This document shows positions 51,392 through 64,000 of a DNA stretch of 64,000 nucleotides, piece by piece (the stretch's first letter is position 1; every line of letters starts with the position of its first letter). A program made the position numbers and the translations under genes. Under the pieces are notes generated by a model. It did no database searches and was not told the origin of the DNA. It was given only the letters and a program-made list of their open reading frames with translations. Origin of the DNA: Trichoplax adhaerens (taxonomy: Eukaryota > Animalia > Placozoa); assembly GCF_000150275.1 (NCBI RefSeq), contig NW_002060948.1:3671183-3735182 (forward strand), written 5' to 3'.

Positions 51392-53968
51392 GTTGTCGAG
51401 ACAGTTTGCTTTTTAAGATAAGAGGTAGTGTCCACTAGTTTTTTGCAGATCGATAACTATAATTTTATCTGTTAATAACGATAATTACGTTAGTTCCTGA
51501 ACAAAAATCTAAACTTTACGTTAACAAGTATTGCAACCTATATAAGCATTGATTAATTATATATGGAATATTCATTTTTACTGAATAAAATTTAAAATCT
51601 ATGATCGATAAATAACGATCTTCTACGAAGAATTAAATACTAGAGAAATATTCGATGTTCTACATCTACTACCATTATAAAATCGACGGATACATTTAAT
51701 TTGTCACGTTTTATTTTACTGGAGCAATCGAAATTTTATATTTTCAATTTGACTATGTATACGCTTATTAAAACCAAAATCGTAATGAAATGCTGTCCAT
51801 TTGACATCAAAAATAGATTGCGATAGCAGCCACCACAATACTGTACAGTACTTCAATTTATGTCTGGTATGATCAAGCTGCTTAAAACTGTTTCAAACTA
51901 CTATGTTCATGGTAGCCTTATCCGAAATTAACTTCTTTTGTATGCTTATGCGATAAAAATGGGTATCTCGCATTTTTGCTATCGATACCTTAGTAGTCAA
52001 TGATAATTTTCCTCCTATAGCAATTAATTAACAGCATACGTAATAATTAAATTCGTTATTTTATCAAATTGTCCACTATAATCTGTACTGACTAATTTCG
52101 GATTTTGACCATAATACATCAATCTACATTTTATCTTTCATCATTTTCTAGCTAGCTATTAATTCCTACAATCATTATGAAACTACGGGCGCGGAGGAAA
52201 AAATTTAGAACAAAGTTCATTCTTGAATGGCAATTAAGATATCAAAAGTGTACTTTCTTTCCACGCTGTAGCAATAATCATAGCAGAAGCACTGAAATTA
52301 GCAAGTTAAAAGGATGATCATATATAGTCCAGTGAGTGCTCATCACTGATCGCGGTTATGGTTATAATTATCAACACAAAAAGGTGTAAAAATGCCGAGG
52401 ATATCACCATTAACCGACACTACAGTAATAAGTGTGTAGTACTGTATACGCGTATCATAACCGGTGAAGCAAGCACAGCACTGTATTGTAGATTGCTTGA
52501 ATCTGTTAAGATGAGCAAAATGTACACGTACTTCAAGATTGCAACGATAAGATATTGCGCCGGTAGATTTGTTTATTACTTCGATTTGATCTAAAGTAAT
52601 TGATGGATATGATAATTATTTGTATAATGATTCTGTGTAATGATAGGTTACTAATTTTATTTCTTGTCATGAGCTCAGCTACACGCACATTGATATACCG
52701 TAAACAAATGTTCTGCTCATATCAATAGACCGTTTTATCATCTTTCAGATAAATATTGATTATATAATTATTGGTATCCATATCAAATTTCTACTGCAAA
52801 TCATTTTTCGAACGTCTCCTTTTACTCCATTACTAGTAATTATAAAATATCATTGTTATTATTTTTAAATGGACTGTAAGCTTGAAAAGTTGATAAACCA
52901 TTGCATTGTACTTCAAATTCTATTGGACACTATGTCAGTAATCCGCCGAATTCGTATTAATGGCTACGAAAAATTGTGATTTACAGTACGCTGATGACTT
53001 TAGCGTTAGAGCATTCAAATCCTTTTTCCTCTTGTTTTGCTATTTTGAACATAATTTTAGAGTATATTAGAAGTAATAGAATATTCATGACCTATAGTCA
53101 TGTTTATGATTTGCTTATAAAAACAGTGTAGAGAGTGGAGATACAATGAGTTGATGAACTGTGAAATAACTAGGTGAAAATTAAAAATTCCCTTGGTGGT
53201 CTTAAGATTCGATTGATCCATCCTGATACGAATTACCGCTGTTCAATCACCCGGTATATTCAAAACACCACGTAAAAGGAAATTAATGATATACAATCAT
53301 TCAACTGTATTTGATAGCATAGGTAAGTCAATGACAAAATAAAATGAAGCTTCAAGTCATACAGTACGTATTGCCTTCTTAGTCAATGCTGCAAGATGCG
53401 AACTAAGTAGATTTTGACCGATTATAAAAATTATTAGCTTTCTATTTACTGTCAATAACACTCATCTCACCGTACCGATTCTACTGTATTTGCTCCACTG
53501 GTGAAATCCAATCGATGCAAGAATTGATAGGCCGACGTCAAGAAGTTTCTCTTAACTTCGATTTCATCAGTTTAAGAAGACAACTGAAAGGAATGTAGAC
53601 TTACTCCACGTTTACCAATTATTTAAAGAAGAATGTCGACAGTAGCATAAAATTGCATGGAAAGCATAGCCCGTGTCGCAAAAGCTGGAATTTGAGCTTG
53701 AAAGATTTTTCTATCGAATCAATCAACCTGATCGCTGGTAATGAAAAAATCAATCTGCAATGAATCTCTATTCGATCTTGACTTCAAACTGCAGCTTATC
53801 CTACAGTCAAACACAGATCAGTGATTTCAGTGAACGCTTACTGTACGGTATTACCAATAGGTATAGTAGACGCGTAGGCTAAACAAATTAGACGTCTTCA
53901 ATCAACAAGACAATATCTGTCCATTTTAATACGTATGTCGAGTAAAAGAATAACCAAAATGAAGACTA

Positions 53969-54335
53969 AGCGCTACCGTCTCCACTGTATAGTCTTATGA
54001 TTTGAAAACTGGGATAGAATGAATAATAACAACTAGACTAAAATTGGACGGAAAATATCTTTTTATTTCGTCACTTTGGCTTTGGTCATGACAGGTTTCA
54101 GTCCATTGAATTTTTGATAAGTTTCAGTGAAAGTGGATGATCTCAGACTCTGCGCTACCGTCTCCACTGTACAGTCTTATGATTTGAAGACTGGGATAAA
54201 ATGAAAATAACAATTAGACTAAAATTGGATGGAAAATATCTTTTATTTCGTCAATTTGGCTTTGGCCATGACAGATTTCAGTCCATTAAATTTTAGGATA
54301 ATTTTCAGTGAAAGTTGATGATCTCAGACTCTGCG
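53969..54335. repeat. Tandem duplication of about 182 bp
   Basis: GCGCTACCGTCTCCACTGTA.AGTCTTATGATTTGAA.ACTGGGATA...GATGATCTCAGACTCTGCG twice (about 53970 and 54152). Confidence 0.95.
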
Positions 54336-54389
54336 TGACGCAAATGGGAAAGCAATAATCGCCAAAGAACAAGGAAGCCCTTTTAAGTA

Positions 54390-54830
54390 TGAGTTGACGT
54401 ACAGTACAGTAGTGAACGCTGTACGTCGACAGTCATTAGTGAGTCACTTCTGACGAGTGACTGCTTTTTGTTTTCCTCAATGACAGAACAATAGACTACT
54501 GAGACACGAATGAATAATAATGCACAATGCACGGTATTGTACTGTACATTGTGCAATTGTAGGTACAATGTCGAGTTGAAGAGTGAACGGTGAAGCTGAA
54601 CAAGTCAACATGTAGTGGTGTGTGACATCTCCACTGTCACGTCCAACTCCAGTCATTCTCCTCAAGCCAAGCGAGGGAAGACACAGGCTGTCAAAATTCT
54701 TCGTCCCTCCATCATTCCTTGATGCCTGTCGTGGAGACAACAACGACTGTCCTCAATCAGTATGGCAGTGTATTCTAGAGTTTATTGCAGTCATGACAAG
54801 CAGTAACATGGCAATCTATTAGTACACTAA
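54390..54830. promoter_or_regulatory. Orphan promoter-like segment, possibly the DISP3-like transcription start region
   Basis: Higher GC, TACAGTACAGTA/TACTGTAC motifs, TGAGTCA and GTGAC/GTCAC motifs like those upstream of other genes in the window. Confidence 0.35.
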
Positions 54831-57800
54831 GTTAACAAGCAGATAGTCGTAGTCTTGTAGTGTAGATATTAAAAAGAAAGGATGAATGAATAAATCAATA
54901 ATTCCATGATAAAAAATTGCCTATGCCCACATTAATAGCATAATGAGAAGGATGACCAAGATTGAGCAAACAAATAAATGATTAATATTCACCGTGTTAA
55001 GCCTACGTATCAAATTAAAAATACGAGTATCATACGACAAGCAGAATGAATGATTCAATCCATGGTAATATTTCAACTAGGTTTTGATTAACTGATAACA
55101 GTAGTGTAGATGAGCTAGAGTAGATCCGGTTGGAAAACAACGGATGCCGGGTCTGTACATTTACTAATAGTAAGTTGTCAAAAATCACTTATGATAAACC
55201 AAGCCCTACGCACTTGATCTTTTACACGTTTTCTGCACTGTAAAATCGAGAAAACGCCATGATTGTAACCTACTACTACTACTATTCCTGTTCAAGACGC
55301 AATGACTGAATTCATCATTACCTATTTCATATTTAGAATATGAAGATTTCAGGTAAAATCAGTTTGAATAATTTCCTTATTAAAAGCCCCAAACTCAAAG
55401 TTAAAATTCTGTATATTCAGTAGTAATTACTGCAGACAATATACAGTAATGGCATTATTCGCCCTAAGCGTTAATTGCTGTCAAACACCTAGTGCGATTC
55501 CTACATGATTTCAACACGTATTCTCAATACTTTCCCTTCATGGAGTCACAGCGGCGTTTTAAACTGTAAATAAAAAATATTATTTCAATTTTAAAAGTCC
55601 ATGGTACAATGTAAGCGCCATCTTCTAACCTATCCTACTTTTAGCTCCACTGTACAGTACTGTATGCTATTGTAGTAGCAGCCAACAATATCCTGCGACC
55701 CCATCCCAAGTAATGTATACTATCTACTTGCACAGCAGTTGTCTAAATGTCTCAACAGAAAACAAAGCATGGCCTTCAAAAAAAATCTCGTACAATGCCG
55801 TGCCGGTATCATATGCAAATTAACTTCACAGGATATACTGTCGAACCAAAATACCAAGCAAACGGTTATCCTCGTGTCAACAATCCATGCATGATTTTTA
55901 CCTTAAGCTAGCCTTTACTTGTTAATGAATTACAGTATGTCAATGAGGTCAACCCTTACCGAAGAATTGCGCCATAATAAATCTTTGTACTATCCATTAG
56001 CAATCGACTTGAATTCAACCACAAATAATGCTAACTTATCTACGGCATTATTGATACTGACTTTCCCTAGAATCAGCAGGAGTAGTCTAAAGTACAACAT
56101 GAGCCATTAATCGCTATAAGTAAGCTAGTAAGTAAATCAATCAACACAAGAAAGTTTAATATCTGCATACTTCATTTCCATAAACTCAACCCTACTGTGA
56201 TGCTATCAGAGCTGTGCTGAACCAGTTTTAGAAACGATTACCACTACCTAGCAGTACTATTATCATCATATCAGAGGACCCTAGAGTACTTGAATTATCA
56301 TTAACAGCTGTATCTAAATTTTAGACAGTCATGCAAGTTGTATGCTAATCCTTCTAAATAAAAAGAACAGACTACTGTACAGTATAGTAATGTGTTTAGC
56401 ATATATATTCCTATAATAATTCTTTATGTAATCTTGCTTTGCACTAGTTTGGCATTCGAATAATATCCATGAAAGAATTTTATAATTACTTTCAAGATAA
56501 ATCAAATGGTTAACCACTTACGTAGGTGTGTTTCATTGATACAAAGTGATCGTAAATTACCTATCGTATGTAGTGATAATTACCTTCAACTTTAATCAGA
56601 ATCATAATATATTTAGCCTATACTGTAGTTCAGTCTAAAACAATTGAATCGTAATATCTCTATCAATAGTCAATGCAATGCAATAAAGGTTAGCGAGGCA
56701 ATTCTGTACATTCCATTTGGAGAACGTTACTAATGCTGAAATTGAAGTTTGCCCTGTCGTAGACCACATTCCAACTAGAATACTACAGTATAATAATACG
56801 TACCCACATTCAATATTTAACGAATACGTTATGGAATCAGAAAATTCTCAATAGATGAGCACTATAAGAAGCTGAACTCGAAAAGTTACTGTTACTCGAC
56901 GAGCCCAATTTCTACACAAATAACTGTCTATTTCAGTATTTGTTGTTAGAAGTAGTAAATAGTACTCTGTTTGCATAGTCTATTAATTATGAATGTTTTG
57001 TCGTGGCTTTAGCAAAAATAGGCAGTTATTTACTGTTAATAAAAGTAAAAAAGTTAAGATGATTACTGTACTCGTATATCGATACATACGTGTATGTATA
57101 CAGTATATATATATGAATATGTAGTAGTGAATGAACATACTTTGATAAAAGATAATTATAATTTACTGTAAGGCCAGTTGCGATATTAATTATACTCGTA
57201 GTCTATAATCCAATTGAAATAATTAGAATTAATAGGACTAATAGGATATAAATACTGTATATTATCCAGTGTATAAACTATAGTCAAATCTCTAGCCTCT
57301 GGTGAAGTACTGACACTTATCTACACACATATAACGTAGGGTATTACTTTCCGTACGAAGAAAGGCAGTGATTTTAGGCAATGAAGAAAGGATTAAATAT
57401 GTACTGCACATAGAATATGGATACGATTTTCTAATCATACGCGTGCTAAGTAATGGTGTACTCAATAAAATCATAATAACTGGTATATGAATTATACAGC
57501 TCCATAAACTTTACCAAAATGGTCACATAAATCCAGTATCTGGCATAAGATATGCAATGACTTCGAGACAGTACAGCATCTAGTTTTGGATAATTGGATA
57601 ATAATTTAATTTCTATACCCGTATATAATTTAATATAACGTAAAGATTAGAGATAGTCATTATTATAGCATCAGATATAGGGAAAAAATAATTACATTCC
57701 GGTACCAATTTATGGGTAAAAATACCAGCGCGTAAGTCTGCAAGAAGATAATGACCCTGGAATAAAGTGTAGCGAAATAGAGCTTATGAAATATATTTCA

Positions 57801-58774
57801 ATGGTATATCGCCAAGACACATTTTCCAAAGTTTAGCACGGATAGGGAGTTGTACAGTGCAGTTAATGACAAATAATACTATAGTGCCTACTATAAACAC
57901 TGTTACTATGAGAATATAGCCATGGAACCGGCATTAATACTGCATGAAATATTATTGCACATAGTAATTTTAGGGTCATATGTTCTAACTAAGCTATACT
58001 TTGGGCAATAAACTGGTAATATCCTGCTAAATATATCTACTGAACTATAATTTTAGTGGCTAGGTATCAATCATGGTATGCTAAACTACCGGTATATCAG
58101 ATAGGGTATAACCTAATCTACTAAATACATTAAATTTAATTTAAGCATTGTATGAAATTTCGAGAGCGCTAGAAATCAAGAGAAAATTCCAAGGAATTAA
58201 CCCTACAATAAAATAAAGTCGATAAGGATGCCAATACGCAAGATCTAATTCTCACTATAATTCAACATAAGAATAAAATTAAATAATGAAGATTGTCATA
58301 AGCTATACTAGAATATTGGTGATTCGCTATACCTAAAAAATCAAATATAGTGCAAATTTTCTATCTTCTACTTAACCATAATGCTCTATAATATATTTAA
58401 ATCAACATTAATGTATATTTTAAGTGTCCGCCTGTAAACTAGGACCCGCTCGTATAAGTGAACGGATGCAATATCAAGTCACAAATAAAAGCAGATTGTA
58501 TTGCATACATTGCGATAAAATAATTTTAAAATTCATATTGCTTCCTACCAATATTGGTATCAATGTAGCTAGCAAACCCCAAATGCGCCACAGTAGTAAT
58601 TCATCTCTAATTGAGCCTTCGTCAAAATCACTGTTGCTATGGTTACTATATCATTACCGCCTCCTAAAAACTGGCCGCCATTTAACGGTAAACTGGATCA
58701 TACAATACCGATTACTATGGATATCATTTGAGTGTTATAATTGTGATAGTAGAATCTGCTATATACAGATGCAT

Positions 58775-59012
58775 TTGGACTGTTATAAACATTAGCCATC
58801 CCAGCTGCTGAATCTGGCAAGAACATTCAAAATTTGAACCACTATCAAATAGAGAGAATCTTGGTACTAGTGATTTGGCTTAACAAATAACTTCTAAATA
58901 TTGGCTGTTATAAACATTAGCCATTCCAGCTGCGAATCTGCCAAGAACATTCAAAAATTGAACCATTATCAAACAGGGAGAATCTTGACACTAGCTGATT
59001 TTGCTTATAAAA
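58775..59012. repeat. Tandem duplication of about 127 bp upstream of LEKR1
   Basis: CTGTTATAAACATTAGCCAT.CCAGCTGC..AATCTG.CAAGAACATTCAAAA.TTGAACCA.TATCAAA...GAGAATCTTG at about 58780 and 58905. Confidence 0.92.
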
Positions 59013-59455
59013 CCACTACTAAATATACCCGTATATTGGAAATACATCCTACGACATGGGTAGACAACATCAATTAGGATGGAGTCCTCTTAACTTATAT
59101 TAAGAGCCACTACAGCAGTAAATTCAGCCTAAATCTTAGTATTAGTTTATACACAAACAGCACTCAATAATTGATTTGGTGTATGATGTAATTATGTAGA
59201 GACTTTGAATCTCAACGATTAGTGCTTAGTAATATAACTGCCAAATTAGATTTGATACCACGACTGCGGTCAAACCTGGATCTAGGAGTCATTCGAAATA
59301 AGCCTGAGATTTATACACAATCCAAAAGTAAAAGCAGTACATTTCATTCTTGATAGATAGAATCGTTCGATTGATTCCATCACAAATAAATTTTTTGCAA
59401 AACTATATAATAATAGTAGAAAAATTCCTTGTTGTAACTAACCAATCCTTGAGTA

Positions 59456-62400
59456 ATGGATGATAAAAATGATAACAAAGCATGGAAGAGGTATGATCCG
59501 CTACATCCGCTTCCCGATAACATCCAGAAAATGGAGAAAGACGAAACGGTATGTCAATATTGTGGCGTAAGTTATCTTATTCATCATGAAATGAAGAAAT
59601 TACAGGAAGAAGTAGAAAGTCTTAGAAATCAATTAGAATTCTATCAAGGATCGGATGAGCGCGAAAGACAATTAAAATCAGAAATTGAGGATCATAAAAA
59701 TAGATATAAACAGATTGAAAATCACCTAGAAGAGATTAATCGAAAGTAGGCAAACTTTTGTAGCTTATAAGCATCAATATGCAAATTTTAGATAGCATAA
59801 CACAGATTGAAACAGACGCAATTTGACTTATTCATAGATAGAATGCTATTATATCAACTGTGAAGTTCTAACTTATATAATTCATATTCTTGCAAAATAT
59901 AAGCTATGAAACAACACAATCTGAATTAACTTCAAGACAACAACTAGAAACAAAGCTAAAACACTCCAATCGAATATTGCAAAAGAAATTAGATGATTTA
60001 CTAAAGGAGCATATTGAATTAAAGTAAGATTTGCAAACTGATAATCTCATATTAAATTTTTACAACCTTTCGAAGGTTTTATAATATACAATTTATTAAC
60101 TCTCATAAAAATTGTTATTCCAATCTCTGATCATATATTATCGAAGAAAAAAGCAACAATCATTGAATTACCATCTAACATTATCGAAAGATAGTATTGC
60201 TAAGCAGAAAGAGCAATTGAAACTTCTTAAAGACACAAATAGCCAATGCAATTCAGAAATGAAAACCATGCTACAGTCTGTCAAGCAAGAAATTACCAAC
60301 TCCGTTTCAGTACTCACTGCAAAATACAGTTGGCAAGAGGAAGAGTTAAAATCAGTGAAGCAGGCTAAGGACGAAATTGATGTAGAAGGCTTAAACAATC
60401 AAATCAAGCAACTTCAAATAAAAGTACAACAACTGCGTAAGGTTGAAGGTGATAGCCAGGATCTGAAATTAAAATACAATCGAGCAGAATTAGAAATGCA
60501 AGGTACATTATTACAATAAAAGTATTGAATTATCTGAAATTTAAAATTACATTAAGACTTTTATAGTGCGCCATGAGTGAAAATTATAATTAATCAAGTA
60601 ATTTCTCTAATATTTTACAGCAATGAAAGCAAAATTATCGGACTTTAAAGACCAAATCAATTTAAAAACTAGCCAAGAAGCCCAACTCCAAGAACAGTTA
60701 AGGTACAACAATTTCATAGAAAAGTTTGAAAATTAATTTTACATTGAATTTCAAGATATATTTAGCTAGAAAGATTGCTTGCTAAATTGAAATATGATCT
60801 TGACGTCTACTTGAATATCAATTCTTTGTAGACTAGAATGTAACTATTTAAGCGCATTATAGAAAATACTCATAACACCGTATAGATCACAGTATTTGCT
60901 TTATACGTACTCGCATATGGATTAACTAAGCGATTACTTTTGATAGGCACATAAATCATCTAAATGATGAAATTAAAAGTCAACTGCAAAAGGAAAAGGA
61001 CAACCTGAAAGATATACGCCAAAAGTAAGATTAAAAGGAAATATACTTATTGTATATCTTTAAGTGGATATTGTTCATGTTACGAATAGATAAGATGAAA
61101 ATAGTTATGCTGCACTTTTTATATCCATTACCATGTAATCCAAAAATGAATAATCATTATAGACATCTAGAGGAAACCGAGGATATCAGGAGAAAACTTA
61201 GTGAAGCTTCGGAAACTATTCAGACTCTGAAGGAACAGAGAGGAGAACACGAAAAGGTCCAATATGAATTTAAATTGAAAGCGTCTCAATCTGAAAAGGA
61301 GCATCAGGTTAGTACCATGTAATTTCAAGTATTTACTTTTTGGTTTCGGTTTAAATATAGGCCATAATAATTATGATTTCATTTATAATAATAGTTTTGA
61401 ATCTTATTTTATATCTATTTTAAATCTCTCTTTCGCAGACTGTACTCGATTTATTAAAGAAAGGAGAAAATGAAGTACAATATCTGACACTTGAAAGGTA
61501 TTTAAATACCGGTATATGACAAGTCTTTGAAGATTATTGTTTAAGAAAAAGAAGTCATCAAATCTCTATAAAGTTTTAAAATCTAAATAGAAATAGTTTA
61601 ATTATACTAAGCATTCTTGCAGTAAGCTGAAGCATATAATTACTTAGAGTATATCTCCCAAGGTAGTATTTTATTTCGTCTAGAGAGAAAATGATTCAAT
61701 CTCATCAAAACCAAATACAGCAATTACGTGAAACCTACTCAGAAAAGTTAAAATTGTCCGAATCATCGATAACTAAGGTAATGAAATATTGATATACTGT
61801 AAGAGTGATAGAAGCTGTCATTTATATATAAAAATATTAACATATGATCAAATCAATTTTCCTTAGATGACAGAAAGTCTACAGCAAGAGAAAAATAATT
61901 TCCATCAAAAACAAATCGAGTTAGAAAATCGCTTGCAATCTAAATTTCAAGGAGAACTTGAAACCATTGAAAAGTGTCACCAAGAAGCTATTGATAGCTA
62001 TAAAGATGAAATAAAAACGTTAAAATTAAAGGTATACCTAGACTTATGATAATAATTATGAAACCCAAAGAAATCTATTATACACAATGAAATCTGTTTT
62101 AGACAGCGTTATAAATCTATCGGAATTAAAATAGAGTTAACTATTTACGTAATTCATCAAATGATCTCTGATTTTATTTACAAATATATAGCTCGATAGC
62201 AAACCTACCTTGGACCCAAAGAAGTATAATGAAGAAGTATCTTTATTAGAGAATTTACTCCAAAAGGAAAAATCAAAAATAGCTTCTGAAAAAGATGCCA
62301 ATAATGAAGTCATTAAAGATATGGCAGCTGTAGCTGCAAAGCTTAAACGTGAGCTTGACCATGTTAAAGCAGTGGCACAAATTGAATCTGAAAAGCAACA

Positions 62401-63002
62401 AACAACTATCCAATCACTAACTGATGAGCTCGATGCGATTCAAATTCGATGTCGTAGCCAACAAGAAGATCTTAAGAAAGCAGAGAGCGAGGTACCCAAT
62501 TTAGTTACAATCATTTCAAGAAAGATTCTTTTTTCACGCATAACTATATCATAGCCCACTCATGAGACTATTACCTCTCAGTAAATGCATTTGACTATTG
62601 CAGATTAAATTTTTGCAAGATACTGTTCAACACGAATGTGAAGAGAGATTTGATCTAGCTGAAGCGTTAAGTTCAGCTAGAGTAGAATTGGCAACATTAA
62701 AACGAGGATCAAAGATTGGAGCTGCTCGCGATGCTGTTGATCCTTTAACCGATCACGCTTCTTATATTCCAACAAGATCGTCGAAAACTGACTACAACAC
62801 TGCTGTCAATAATATCACTAAAGCCACTGGTATTGCAGTAGATGATAGTGTAATATATGCCAGGCCACCATCATCATCAAGATCCAATAAAACACCGAGA
62901 AGAAATAATCAAAGTAATGTCGATGACGAAAGAAGGCGAATAGCAGATGCAGTTAGACGTCATTCAGCGGAAAACAAGAACGCTAGTGGAAGGCGATTAT
63001 AA
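59456..63002 (+). CDS. LEKR1: LEKR1 (leucine-, glutamate- and lysine-rich protein 1)-like coiled-coil protein, multi-exon
   Basis: N-terminal PLHPLPDNIQKMEKDETVCQYCGVSYLIHHE and late FLQDTVQHECEERFDLAEALSSAR match the two conserved LEKR1 motifs; the intervening exons encode coiled coil. Confidence 0.85.
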
Positions 63003-64000
63003 ATTGTTTTATAATCATAAATAGAATCTATTTCAACTTATGAATTCATTTGCTTGTGGTTATCTAGCACATTTTCCATAGCTCTATTTACAGTCCGTTT
63101 TGAAATTCCTGTAATCGAACTTTTTCGAGCTTAAATTGCAAACTGAATTTATCAAAGATGCCCTCTCTTGTTACATCAAAAAATTCATCGGTAGTACAAT
63201 TAATAGAAAATAGAAAATGGGCATAAACAGATTCATAAACTAAACAAGATTGAGAAAACTATGCTCTACCAATTGCTATTACTTTGCTTCAACTATGCAT
63301 ATATATCTACTGTATTTACTTGTTAGAAATCTGTATTTTCAACCTTAAATTTATCATGAACTTACATGTACAGGATTATATTTTATTTTGGTTTTATACT
63401 TATGATACTTTGTATTATAGAAATTTGAAAATAATCCCCAATTCTACGTACACAGTAATTATTTTATCCTATTCGTAGTATAATAAATAAAAGGAAAGTT
63501 ACTATCAAGGCTGTATGAACATCCAAAAGTGCTAAAACTTTCATATATTGCAAATGGAGTACACCTTTTTTATCTAAGCTTAATAATAATGATACTGATA
63601 TCAAACTATTTTATGGCTTATGTAGAAGCAGAAAGTATTTTCATCAATGCTATCATATCAGATATCTACGGCATCTACTAAAATGGAACCCTACCAAGTC
63701 ACTATAATCTTGATCTCAAGAGAATTGCGATCAATATCCTACCAGATATCAATTCTACCACAATATAGAGTATTATTCAATGATGGCTATTGGTCTTTAT
63801 AATGTGGTAACCGCCAAGTTATTCTATACACTTTCTGGCAACGATAATTAAGCATAAAGTTTATACACCTGTTCCATCGCGATATTACTCATAATCCTTA
63901 TATTTGGAATACGTGCATTGAAGACAGTCTATTTACCCGCAATTAGTATATATTATCATAAAGCTACTTATATTAATATACTGTATAATTTACTGATTAT

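Overview
AT-rich, intron-dense eukaryotic (early-branching animal) genomic DNA. The short introns, gene set and abundant TACTGTA/TACAGTA motif suggest a placozoan such as Trichoplax; this is an inference, not verified. Manual splicing recovers nine recognisable genes, arranged almost strictly head-to-head/tail-to-tail: NOP2/NSUN1 (-), SFT2D3-like (+), TMEM26-like (-), synaptobrevin/VAMP (+), PHF10-like (-, apparently intronless), TMEM222 (+), an ankyrin-repeat/SOCS-box protein (-), Dispatched-family DISP3/PTCHD2-like (-) and LEKR1 (+). There is also one uncharacterised 7-exon gene (+) and two weaker candidates (an RNase III-like exon at the left edge and a small CTR-like membrane protein). No prokaryotic system, CRISPR array, tRNA/rRNA gene or transposase was seen. 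The most notable observations are: a clear U12-type AT-AC intron in NOP2; a tandem array of duplicated 3' splice sites in TMEM26 intron 2, four of which are followed immediately by an in-frame TGA; a motif-expanding minisatellite running into the VAMP 5' region; a small higher-order repeat; promoter-associated TACTGTA clusters; and many local 80-400 bp tandem duplications. I cannot support a wholly new biological system from sequence alone.
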